Shown one piece after another: positions 1 to 12,811 of a DNA stretch of 64,000 bases; position 1 is the first letter of the stretch; each line of letters begins with the position of its first letter. A program made the translations under genes and the position numbers. The stretch is from NCBI GenBank assembly GCA_002269645.1, contig NIVC01003287.1, positions 1 through 64,000 on the forward strand, given 5' to 3'. The notes below the pieces were generated by a model. It saw nothing but the letters and a program-made list of their open reading frames with translations. It searched no databases and had not been told where the DNA came from. Origin of the DNA: Macrostomum lignano (taxonomy: Eukaryota).

Positions 1-288
1 GATCTCAACCCACAGGCCAACAGCCACAATACCGCCACCATCATCAAATCCGTCTGGCAATGGCGTGGCATCGATGCAGGCCACTTCGTTTGGCAGCTCG
101 CGCTCGGCTAGCACAGTCAAAGTGCCTTCGCCAATCGCTAGGCAGGTGAGCTGTCGGCCAATAGCTATTAGCAGGTGACGCTGTCCGGCTCCGCAAACGG
201 ACACTGTCCGACCAGATGGTGGCAGCCATTCAGCTAATCGACGCTTGCCAGTGGAATCCAATAGGCGAGCGGACTGCGGGCGCGTGAC
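1..288 (-). CDS. DDB1: DDB1 exon 6 (runs off the window's left edge)
   Basis: Acceptor ctcAG at 289-290. Reads VTRPQSARLL...ELPNEVACIDATP...VAVGLWVEI, matching DDB1 'ITSASVRLV...EHEVACLDITP...AIGLWTDI'. Phase 0 with exon 5. Not shown in the ORF track in this frame. Confidence 0.93.
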
Positions 289-1325
289 CTGAGATTTTAA
301 AGAAATTTTAATTTTGGTTAATATTATTCATTATGCGCTACTAATAAAAGATTTAATAAGTAGTGTAGTGTGGAAATAAACTGCAAAAAATATTTGAAAA
401 TTCTATACTTGCTACTTAAACAAAGGTAAGTAGTACAGTAAAGGACAGAGATAAAATTTGCGAAGTTCTATTTTGTGTATGAGGACTAGTACAAGAGCCC
501 CTTAAGGGGAATGTACTTGATCTCGTACTATATAGTTTGTAAGTGGCTATTAACTGCAAGCAAAAAATTTTATGAAAATAAAAAAATCAAGTAGACAAAA
601 GCAATCTGTTTGATTCTGTACACTCTTTGTACGAATTCGTGTGTGAGTTGAAAGCTCAGTGAAATGGCCATAACGGCTCCCCGTTGGAAAGTTATGCACC
701 TGCAGAGGCATAAAAGGTGAACGAGGTGCACAAAAGAGGCACTTTGGTGGTCTATTTCGTGTGTGTTTTGGAAATGCACCTGAGTGCACCTTTTATGCCT
801 AAATGTCACCAATATTTTTGAAAAGAGGCATGAAAGGTGTAAAATAGGTGAAGTGGTCAGGCAGTAGGTGAATTCTCAATTTTGATTTGTTGCGGCGGTA
901 GGGGCAGTAAAGGTGTATAAGGGGCACTGGAGGTGCGCAAAAGGTGAAGAGTAGGCTCACAAGTGAGGCACATCAGGTGCACCAGAGGTGCTGAAGGGGC
1001 GTTTGGATGACGCAGAATGTAGAAATGACACAATCGAATATATCTCTAAGTAACTAAAAATGACGCGCAAAAAATTACCGTTTCAAAAAAAGGATATATT
1101 CTAAATATACCCCATATAAAAAATGACGAAACTTAAAACAATAAAACAACACAAGATTTTTCCCTATCCCAACAAAAATAAAGCTAAAATCAGATACACT
1201 ACTTCAAGGAGAAAAACAAAGACACATATTAGACTTCAAGAGACAAAACTACAATCCTTCGAAAAACTATTTGAAGTTATAGTTATTCAAATAACTATGT
1301 AAATAACAATATTGCAACCTGCGTT

Positions 1326-4300
1326 ATATTCAGCCCCTTGAGTGTCATTTCTAAGCTCTCCATTTAATTCTATATATTGACAGCGACAGGGCTAGTTAGA
1401 GATGCTGAGAGTAGCGGGCTCTGCGTCATCTTTGCACCTGTGTATATCAGCCCATTGAGTTCATTTCTAAGCTCTCCATTTAATTCTATATATTGACAGC
1501 GACAGGGCTAGTTAGAGATGCTGAGAGTAGCGGGCTCTGCGTCATCTTTGCACTGTGTATATCAGCCCATTGAGTGTCATTTCTAAGCTCTCCATTTAAT
1601 TCTATATATTGACAGCGACAGGGCTAGTTAGAGATGCTGAGAGTAGCGGGCTCTGCGTCATCTTTGCACCTGTGTATATCAGCCCCATTGAGTGTCATTT
1701 CTAAGCTCTCCATTTAATTCTATATATTGACAGCGACAGGGCTAGTTAGAGATGCTGAGAGTAGCGGGCTCTGCGTCATCTTTGCACCTGTGTATATCAG
1801 CCCCATTGAGTGTCATTTCTAAGCTCTCCATTTAATTCTATATATTGACAGCGACAGGGCTAGTTAGAGATGCTGAGAGTAGCGGGCTCTGCGTCATCTT
1901 TGCACCTGTGTATATCAGCCCATTGAGTGTCATTTCTAAGCTCTCCATTTAATTCTATATATTGACAGCGACAGGGCTAGTTAGAGATGCTGAGAGTAGC
2001 GGGCTCTGCGTCATCTTTGCACCTGTGTATATCAGCCCCATTGAGTGTCATTTCTAAGCTCTCCATTTAATTCTATATATTGACAGCGACAGGGCTAGTT
2101 AGAGATGCTGAGAGTAGCGGGCTCTGCGTCATCTTTGCACCTGTGTATATCAGCCCCATTGAGTGTCATTTCTAAGCTCTCCATTTAATTCTATATATTG
2201 ACAGCGACAGGGCTAGTTAGAGATGCTGAGAGTAGCGGGCTCTGCGTCATCTTTGCACCTGTGTATATCAGCCCCATTGAGTGTCATTTCTAAGCTCTCC
2301 ATTTAATTCTATATATTGACAGCGACAGGGCTAGTTAGAGATGCTGAGAGTAGCGGGCTCTGCGTCATCTTTGCACCTGTGTATATCAGCCCATTGAGTG
2401 TCATTTCTAAGCTCTCCATTTAATTCTATATATTGACAGCGACAGGGCTAGTTAGAGATGCTGAGAGTAGCGGGCTCTGCGTCATCTTTGCACCTGTGTA
2501 TATCAGCCCATTGAGTGTCATTTCTAAGCTCTCCATTTAATTCTATATATTGACAGCGACAGGGCTAGTTAGAGATGCTGAGAGTAGCGGGCTCTGCGTC
2601 ATCTTTGCACCTGTGTATATCAGCCCCATTGAGTGTCATTTCTAAGCTCTCCATTTAATTCTATATATTGACAGCGACAGGGCTAGTTAGAGATGCTGAG
2701 AGTAGCGGGCTCTGCGTCATCTTTGCACCTGTGTATATCAGCCCCATTGAGTGTCATTTCTAAGCTCTCCATTTAATTCTATATATTGACAGCGACAGGG
2801 CTAGTTAGAGATGCTGAGAGTAGCGGGCTCTGCGTCATCTTTGCACCTGTGTATATCAGCCCATTGAGTGTCATTTCTAAGCTCTCCATTTAATTCTATA
2901 TATTGACAGCGACAGGGCTAGTTAGAGATGCTGAGAGTAGCGGGCTCTGCGTCATCTTTGCACCTGTGTATATCAGCCCCATTGAGTGTCATTTCTAAGC
3001 TCTCCATTTAATTCTATATATTGACAGCGACAGGGCTAGTTAGAGATGCTGAGAGTAGCGGGCTCTGCGTCATCTTTGCACCTGTGTATATCAGCCCATT
3101 GAGTGTCATTTCTAAGCTCTCCATTTAATTCTATATATTGACAGCGACAGGGCTAGTTAGAGATGCTGAGAGTAGCGGGCTCTGCGTCATCTTTGCACCT
3201 GTGTATATCAGCCCCATTGAGTGTCATTTCTAAGCTCTCCATTTAATTCTATATATTGACAGCGACAGGGCTAGTTAGAGATGCTGAGAGTAGCGGGCTC
3301 TGCGTCATCTTTGCACCTGTGTATATCAGCCCCATTGAGTGTCATTTCTAAGCTCTCCATTTAATTCTATATATTGACAGCGACAGGGCTAGTTAGAGAT
3401 GCTGAGAGTAGCGGGCTCTGCGTCATCTTTGCACCTGTGTATATCAGCCCCATTGAGTGTCATTTCTAAGCTCTCCATTTAATTCTATATATTGACAGCG
3501 ACAGGGCTAGTTAGAGATGCTGAGAGTAGCGGGCTCTGCGTCATCTTTGCACCTGTGTATATCAGCCCCATTGAGTGTCATTTCTAAGCTCTCCATTTAA
3601 TTCTATATATTGACAGCGACAGGGCTAGTTAGAGATGCTGAGAGTAGCGGGCTCTGCGTCATCTTTGCACCTGTGTATATCAGCCCCATTGAGTGTCATT
3701 TCTAAGCTCTCCATTTAATTCTATATATTGACAGCGACAGGGCTAGTTAGAGATGCTGAGAGTAGCGGGCTCTGCGTCATCTTTGCACCTGTGTATATCA
3801 GCCCCATTGAGTGTCATTTCTAAGCTCTCCATTTAATTCTATATATTGACAGCGACAGGGCTAGTTAGAGATGCTGAGAGTAGCGGGCTCTGCGTCATCT
3901 TTGCACCTGTGTATATCAGCCCCATTGAGTGTCATTTCTAAGCTCTCCATTTAATTCTATATATTGACAGCGACAGGGCTAGTTAGAGATGCTGAGAGTA
4001 GCGGGCTCTGCGTCATCTTTGCACCTGTGTATATCAGCCCCATTGAGTGTCATTTCTAAGCTCTCCATTTAATTCTATATATTGACAGCGACAGGGCTAG
4101 TTAGAGATGCTGAGAGTAGCGGGCTCTGCGTCATCTTTGCACCTGTGTATATCAGCCCCATTGAGTGTCATTTCTAAGCTCTCCATTTAATTCTATATAT
4201 TGACAGCGACAGGGCTAGTTAGAGATGCTGAGAGTAGCGGGCTCTGCGTCATCTTTGCACCTGTGTATATCAGCCCCATTGAGTGTCATTTCTAAGCTCT

Positions 4301-7300
4301 CCATTTAATTCTATATATTGACAGCGACAGGGCTAGTTAGAGATGCTGAGAGTAGCGGGCTCTGCGTCATCTTTGCACCTGTGTATATCAGCCCCATTGA
4401 GTGTCATTTCTAAGCTCTCCATTTAATTCTATATATTGACAGCGACAGGGCTAGTTAGAGATGCTGAGAGTAGCGGGCTCTGCGTCATCTTTGCACCTGT
4501 GTATATCAGCCCCATTGAGTGTCATTTCTAAGCTCTCCATTTAATTCTATATATTGACAGCGACAGGGCTAGTTAGAGATGCTGAGAGTAGCGGGCTCTG
4601 CGTCATCTTTGCACCTGTGTATATCAGCCCCATTGAGTGTCATTTCTAAGCTCTCCATTTAATTCTATATATTGACAGCGACAGGGCTAGTTAGAGATGC
4701 TGAGAGTAGCGGGCTCTGCGTCATCTTTGCACCTGTGTATATCAGCCCCATTGAGTGTCATTTCTAAGCTCTCCATTTAATTCTATATATTGACAGCGAC
4801 AGGGCTAGTTAGAGATGCTGAGAGTAGCGGGCTCTGCGTCATCTTTGCACCTGTGTATATCAGCCCCATTGAGTGTCATTTCTAAGCTCTCCATTTAATT
4901 CTATATATTGACAGCGACAGGGCTAGTTAGAGATGCTGAGAGTAGCGGGCTCTGCGTCATCTTTGCACCTGTGTATATCAGCCCCATTGAGTGTCATTTC
5001 TAAGCTCTCCATTTAATTCTATATATTGACAGCGACAGGGCTAGTTAGAGATGCTGAGAGTAGCGGGCTCTGCGTCATCTTTGCACCTGTGTATATCAGC
5101 CCCATTGAGTGTCATTTCTAAGCTCTCCATTTAATTCTATATATTGACAGCGACAGGGCTAGTTAGAGATGCTGAGAGTAGCGGGCTCTGCGTCATCTTT
5201 GCACCTGTGTATATCAGCCCCATTGAGTGTCATTTCTAAGCTCTCCATTTAATTCTATATATTGACAGCGACAGGGCTAGTTAGAGATGCTGAGAGTAGC
5301 GGGCTCTGCGTCATCTTTGCACCTGTGTATATCAGCCCCATTGAGTGTCATTTCTAAGCTCTCCATTTAATTCTATATATTGACAGCGACAGGGCTAGTT
5401 AGAGATGCTGAGAGTAGCGGGCTCTGCGTCATCTTTGCACCTGTGTATATCAGCCCCATTGAGTGTCATTTCTAAGCTCTCCATTTAATTCTATATATTG
5501 ACAGCGACAGGGCTAGTTAGAGATGCTGAGAGTAGCGGGCTCTGCGTCATCTTTGCACCTGTGTATATCAGCCCCATTGAGTGTCATTTCTAAGCTCTCC
5601 ATTTAATTCTATATATTGACAGCGACAGGGCTAGTTAGAGATGCTGAGAGTAGCGGGCTCTGCGTCATCTTTGCACCTGTGTATATCAGCCCCATTGAGT
5701 GTCATTTCTAAGCTCTCCATTTAATTCTATATATTGACAGCGACAGGGCTAGTTAGAGATGCTGAGAGTAGCGGGCTCTGCGTCATCTTTGCACCTGTGT
5801 ATATCAGCCCCATTGAGTGTCATTTCTAAGCTCTCCATTTAATTCTATATATTGACAGCGACAGGGCTAGTTAGAGATGCTGAGAGTAGCGGGCTCTGCG
5901 TCATCTTTGCACCTGTGTATATCAGCCCCATTGAGTGTCATTTCTAAGCTCTCCATTTAATTCTATATATTGACAGCGACAGGGCTAGTTAGAGATGCTG
6001 AGAGTAGCGGGCTCTGCGTCATCTTTGCACCTGTGTATATCAGCCCCATTGAGTGTCATTTCTAAGCTCTCCATTTAATTCTATATATTGACAGCGACAG
6101 GGCTAGTTAGAGATGCTGAGAGTAGCGGGCTCTGCGTCATCTTTGCACCTGTGTATATCAGCCCCATTGAGTGTCATTTCTAAGCTCTCCATTTAATTCT
6201 ATATATTGACAGCGACAGGGCTAGTTAGAGATGCTGAGAGTAGCGGGCTCTGCGTCATCTTTGCACCTGTGTATATCAGCCCCATTGAGTGTCATTTCTA
6301 AGCTCTCCATTTAATTCTATATATTGACAGCGACAGGGCTAGTTAGAGATGCTGAGAGTAGCGGGCTCTGCGTCATCTTTGCACCTGTGTATATCAGCCC
6401 CATTGAGTGTCATTTCTAAGCTCTCCATTTAATTCTATATATTGACAGCGACAGGGCTAGTTAGAGATGCTGAGAGTAGCGGGCTCTGCGTCATCTTTGC
6501 ACCTGTGTATATCAGCCCCATTGAGTGTCATTTCTAAGCTCTCCATTTAATTCTATATATTGACAGCGACAGGGCTAGTTAGAGATGCTGAGAGTAGCGG
6601 GCTCTGCGTCATCTTTGCACCTGTGTATATCAGCCCCATTGAGTGTCATTTCTAAGCTCTCCATTTAATTCTATATATTGACAGCGACAGGGCTAGTTAG
6701 AGATGCTGAGAGTAGCGGGCTCTGCGTCATCTTTGCACCTGTGTATATCAGCCCCATTGAGTGTCATTTCTAAGCTCTCCATTTAATTCTATATATTGAC
6801 AGCGACAGGGCTAGTTAGAGATGCTGAGAGTAGCGGGCTCTGCGTCATCTTTGCACCTGTGTATATCAGCCCCATTGAGTGTCATTTCTAAGCTCTCCAT
6901 TTAATTCTATATATTGACAGCGACAGGGCTAGTTAGAGATGCTGAGAGTAGCGGGCTCTGCGTCATCTTTGCACCTGTGTATATCAGCCCCATTGAGTGT
7001 CATTTCTAAGCTCTCCATTTAATTCTATATATTGACAGCGACAGGGCTAGTTAGAGATGCTGAGAGTAGCGGGCTCTGCGTCATCTTTGCACCTGTGTAT
7101 ATCAGCCCCATTGAGTGTCATTTCTAAGCTCTCCATTTAATTCTATATATTGACAGCGACAGGGCTAGTTAGAGATGCTGAGAGTAGCGGGCTCTGCGTC
7201 ATCTTTGCACCTGTGTATATCAGCCCCATTGAGTGTCATTTCTAAGCTCTCCATTTAATTCTATATATTGACAGCGACAGGGCTAGTTAGAGATGCTGAG

Positions 7301-10108
7301 AGTAGCGGGCTCTGCGTCATCTTTGCACCTGTGTATATCAGCCCCATTGAGTGTCATTTCTAAGCTCTCCATTTAATTCTATATATTGACAGCGACAGGG
7401 CTAGTTAGAGATGCTGAGAGTAGCGGGCTCTGCGTCATCTTTGCACCTGTGTATATCAGCCCCATTGAGTGTCATTTCTAAGCTCTCCATTTAATTCTAT
7501 ATATTGACAGCGACAGGGCTAGTTAGAGATGCTGAGAGTAGCGGGCTCTGCGTCATCTTTGCACCTGTGTATATCAGCCCCATTGAGTGTCATTTCTAAG
7601 CTCTCCATTTAATTCTATATATTGACAGCGACAGGGCTAGTTAGAGATGCTGAGAGTAGCGGGCTCTGCGTCATCTTTGCACCTGTGTATATCAGCCCCA
7701 TTGAGTGTCATTTCTAAGCTCTCCATTTAATTCTATATATTGACAGCGACAGGGCTAGTTAGAGATGCTGAGAGTAGCGGGCTCTGCGTCATCTTTGCAC
7801 CTGTGTATATCAGCCCCATTGAGTGTCATTTCTAAGCTCTCCATTTAATTCTATATATTGACAGCGACAGGGCTAGTTAGAGATGCTGAGAGTAGCGGGC
7901 TCTGCGTCATCTTTGCACCTGTGTATATCAGCCCCATTGAGTGTCATTTCTAAGCTCTCCATTTAATTCTATATATTGACAGCGACAGGGCTAGTTAGAG
8001 ATGCTGAGAGTAGCGGGCTCTGCGTCATCTTTGCACCTGTGTATATCAGCCCCATTGAGTGTCATTTCTAAGCTCTCCATTTAATTCTATATATTGACAG
8101 CGACAGGGCTAGTTAGAGATGCTGAGAGTAGCGGGCTCTGCGTCATCTTTGCACCTGTGTATATCAGCCCCATTGAGTGTCATTTCTAAGCTCTCCATTT
8201 AATTCTATATATTGACAGCGACAGGGCTAGTTAGAGATGCTGAGAGTAGCGGGCTCTGCGTCATCTTTGCACCTGTGTATATCAGCCCCATTGAGTGTCA
8301 TTTCTAAGCTCTCCATTTAATTCTATATATTGACAGCGACAGGGCTAGTTAGAGATGCTGAGAGTAGCGGGCTCTGCGTCATCTTTGCACCTGTGTATAT
8401 CAGCCCCATTGAGTGTCATTTCTAAGCTCTCCATTTAATTCTATATATTGACAGCGACAGGGCTAGTTAGAGATGCTGAGAGTAGCGGGCTCTGCGTCAT
8501 CTTTGCACCTGTGTATATCAGCCCCATTGAGTGTCATTTCTAAGCTCTCCATTTAATTCTATATATTGACAGCGACAGGGCTAGTTAGAGATGCTGAGAG
8601 TAGCGGGCTCTGCGTCATCTTTGCACCTGTGTATATCAGCCCCATTGAGTGTCATTTCTAAGCTCTCCATTTAATTCTATATATTGACAGCGACAGGGCT
8701 AGTTAGAGATGCTGAGAGTAGCGGGCTCTGCGTCATCTTTGCACCTGTGTATATCAGCCCCATTGAGTGTCATTTCTAAGCTCTCCATTTAATTCTATAT
8801 ATTGACAGCGACAGGGCTAGTTAGAGATGCTGAGAGTAGCGGGCTCTGCGTCATCTTTGCACCTGTGTATATCAGCCCCATTGAGTGTCATTTCTAAGCT
8901 CTCCATTTAATTCTATATATTGACAGCGACAGGGCTAGTTAGAGATGCTGAGAGTAGCGGGCTCTGCGTCATCTTTGCACCTGTGTATATCAGCCCCATT
9001 GAGTGTCATTTCTAAGCTCTCCATTTAATTCTATATATTGACAGCGACAGGGCTAGTTAGAGATGCTGAGAGTAGCGGGCTCTGCGTCATCTTTGCACCT
9101 GTGTATATCAGCCCCATTGAGTGTCATTTCTAAGCTCTCCATTTAATTCTATATATTGACAGCGACAGGGCTAGTTAGAGATGCTGAGAGTAGCGGGCTC
9201 TGCGTCATCTTTGCACCTGTGTATATCAGCCCCATTGAGTGTCATTTCTAAGCTCTCCATTTAATTCTATATATTGACAGCGACAGGGCTAGTTAGAGAT
9301 GCTGAGAGTAGCGGGCTCTGCGTCATCTTTGCACCTGTGTATATCAGCCCCATTGAGTGTCATTTCTAAGCTCTCCATTTAATTCTATATATTGACAGCG
9401 ACAGGGCTAGTTAGAGATGCTGAGAGTAGCGGGCTCTGCGTCATCTTTGCACCTGTGTATATCAGCCCCATTGAGTGTCATTTCTAAGCTCTCCATTTAA
9501 TTCTATATATTGACAGCGACAGGGCTAGTTAGAGATGCTGAGAGTAGCGGGCTCTGCGTCATCTTTGCACCTGTGTATATCAGCCCCATTGAGTGTCATT
9601 TCTAAGCTCTCCATTTAATTCTATATATTGACAGCGACAGGGCTAGTTAGAGATGCTGAGAGTAGCGGGCTCTGCGTCATCTTTGCACCTGTGTATATCA
9701 GCCCCATTGAGTGTCATTTCTAAGCTCTCCATTTAATTCTATATATTGACAGCGACAGGGCTAGTTAGAGATGCTGAGAGTAGCGGGCTCTGCGTCATCT
9801 TTGCACCTGTGTATATCAGCCCCATTGAGTGTCATTTCTAAGCTCTCCATTTAATTCTATATATTGACAGCGACAGGGCTAGTTAGAGATGCTGAGAGTA
9901 GCGGGCTCTGCGTCATCTTTGCACCTGTGTATATCAGCCCCATTGAGTGTCATTTCTAAGCTCTCCATTTAATTCTATATATTGACAGCGACAGGGCTAG
10001 TTAGAGATGCTGAGAGTAGCGGGCTCTGCGTCATCTTTGCACCTGTGTATATCAGCCCCATTGAGTGTCATTTCTAAGCTCTCCATTTAATTCTATATAT
10101 TGACAGCG
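1326..10108. repeat. 118-bp tandem satellite, about 74 copies
   Basis: Period 118 read from line offsets. Unit gtgtatatcagccccattgagtgtcatttctaagctctccatttaattctatatattgacagcgacagggctagttagagatgctgagagtagcgggctctgcgtcatctttgcacct. The 1-nt-shorter variants occur only before about position 3100. Confidence 0.99.
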
Positions 10109-11255
10109 CCGCTATAGTTTAAATCCATGTTTGAATTTACTGCGCTCGTACATTTTAACTTATACTTGATATTGACAGGTTAGCTCAGAAATATTTCGCC
10201 AGCTTCTTTAGTAATGGCTTTTTATCAAAATACAATTGGGCTTTGCTTTTACTTTTGGTTTGGTCACCTGCTGTGAGCGTTCCACTTTTTATCTATATAT
10301 TGTTTTGTATTATGCACAGCGGTTTGTTTGGAGGTGTGTTTCGCGCTTTTCTCGATCTTTCCACTGTAGCTGGATTTTGAGTAAAGATAAGAATCGCAGT
10401 TCTCACGATTGCTTAAAAGCAAATACGTGCTCTGGGTATGCTCAAGATTGCGCAATGCTCGGTGACAGTGATGGGTGGTTCATGGTGGAAGACACCTATC
10501 TAAGCAAATTTGTTGCACCAAACTTATGATTGCGCCATTATCGTAAAGAATAGTGTCAAGCAGTTCCAAATATGTAAAATTGTAAACTTTATTTAGTCAC
10601 CAAAGAGAAATTTTATCTACTCTTTGATTTGTTGATGACTGACTTCATCCTAATTTTTGAGCATATACGTCTTTTTCTTGCATATTTAATCTATTTCTCG
10701 AATTTCTATTTTGCATCATTCATTTAATTCCTATCCAATTCATTGTGTGTCATTTATTTGTTATCCACTGCCCACTGTATATTGACAGCAGCGGATCTCA
10801 CAGAGCTACTCAATGAATTGAAAATGCAGAAATAACTGAGTATTCGAAACCCAAACTGGATTAGGGTCGATCAGTGAGTCTGGCTGTGAGGCTGTGAATG
10901 AGGCAGTGAATGAGGCTGTGAATGAGGCTGTGAATGTGAGTGGGGCATATTGTACCTAATGTATGTTTCATGCTGGTTAATGCGCATGTTTCATTTTGAA
11001 TCAAAGTAATTTGGTGTCAAAATGAGTCACTACTGAAATGAAGCAGTCCACCCCTTTGAGTCTAAAAGCATAGTGGATTTGACACGTACTATGAACGTGA
11101 AATATTTTGACCACCCCATTCCGAACCAATGAAAATTAGAGTGAACTTGTTGATGTCAAACTGCCGCTTCATATAAAATGGGACTTCAGTTGGCCTTTCA
11201 AAAAGCCAGATTTCTATTTGTCAATTAATTTCATTTTTTCAATAAATTAACCCAA

Positions 11256-12811
11256 ATGTCCAAACAATTGGAGTTCATAAAACAGCTGATAAGCCGCAAA
11301 GGCAAATGCTATGACGTCGCTAAGCGGCAAAAGTCGTTTGAGAAAGAGCTCGCCGCGTCTGATCGATTCCAGTTAATGGTAAGTGAAGGTGAAGAGCAAT
11401 ATTTTTACCAATAACTGCCCTGTCTCTACCATTCTACCCTGTCTCTACCATTCTACCCTGTCTCTACCATTCTGCCCTGTCTCTACCATTCTACCCTGTC
11501 TCTACCATTCTGCCCTGTCTCTACCATTCTGCCCTTTCTCTACCATTCTGCCCTGTCTCTACCATTCTACCCTTTCTCTACCATTCTGCCCTGTCTCTAC
11601 CATTCTGCCCTGTCTCTACCATTCTACCCTTTCTCTACCATTCTGCCCTGTCTCTACCATTCTACCCTGTCTCTACCATTCTGCCCTGTCTCTACCATTC
11701 TACCCTGTCTCTACCATTCTGCCCTGTCTCTACCATTCTACCCTGTCTCTACCATTCTGCCCTGTCTCTACCATTCTGCCCTTTCTCTACCATTCTGCCC
11801 TGTCTCTACCATTCTGCCCTGTCTCTACCATTCTGCCCTGTCTCTACCATTCTGCCCTGTCTCTACCATTCTGCCCTGTCTCTACCATACTGCCCTGTCT
11901 CTACCATTCTGCCCTTTCTCTACCATTCTGCCCTGTCTCTACCATTCTGCCCTGTCTCTACCATTCTGCCCTGTCTCTACCATTCTGCCCTGTCTCTACC
12001 ATTCTGCCCTGTCTCTACCATTCTGCCCTGTCTCTACCATTCTGCCCTGTCTCTACCATACTGCCCTGTCTCTACCATTCTGCCCTTTCTCTACCATTCT
12101 GCCCTGTCTCTACCATTCTGCCCTGTCTCTACCATTCTGCCCTGTCTCTACCATTCTGCCCTGTCTCTACCATTCTGCCCTGTCTCTACCATTCTGCCCT
12201 GTCTCTACCATACTGCCCTGTTTCTACCATACTGCCCTGTCTCTACCATTCTGCCCTGTCTCTACCATTCTGCCCTTTCTCTACCATTCTGCCCTGTCTC
12301 TACCATTCTGCCCTGTCTCTACCATTCTGCCCTGTCTCTACCATTCTGCCCTGTCTCTACCATTCTGCCCTTTCTCTACCAATAACTGCCCTGTCTCTAC
12401 CATTCTGCCCTGTCTCTACCAATAACTGCCCTGTCTCTACCATTCTGCCCTGTCTCTACCATTCTGCCCTGTCTCTACCATTCTGCCCTGTCTCTACCAT
12501 TCTGCCCTGTCTCTACCATTCTGCCCTTTCTCTACCAATAACTGCCCTGTCTCTACCATTCTGCCCTGTCTCTACCAATAACTGCCCTGTCTCTACCAAT
12601 AACTGCCCTGTCTCTACCATTCTGCCCTGTCTCTACCAATAACTGCAATTTCTCTACTCAGACCGATGCGTCACAGCCCGGATCAGCTGAGCAGCCGCCC
12701 ACCGCAGCCCAGCAGCCGCCCGGCCCAGCTGAGCGGCCCAAGTCGCATGCCGGCAGGAGTACATTTGCCCATTCGGTGACTGCCTACCAATGCACTATTT
12801 CAACATGCTAA
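11256..12811 (+). CDS. Putative two-exon 90-aa protein of unknown function (exons 11256-11378 and 12662-12811), nested antisense in the DDB1 intron
   Basis: ATG, 41 codons, GTAAGT donor at 11379; acceptor tttctctactcAG ending at 12661; both phase 0; second exon GC-rich, 49 codons then TAA. No recognisable homology. Confidence 0.55.
11407..12646. repeat. 19-bp minisatellite (accattctgccctgtctct), about 65 copies, forming the intron of the nested ORF
   Basis: Direct period-19 repeat. The 419-aa ORF 11383-12642 is an artefact of it. Confidence 0.97.

Noticed and set aside
1326-10108. CRISPR-like array
   Set aside because: Copies are contiguous and near-identical, with no unique spacers or cas genes; the context is eukaryotic.
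11383-12642. 419-aa Cys/Pro-rich ORF
   Set aside because: It is a translation of a stop-free 19-bp minisatellite and has no ATG start.
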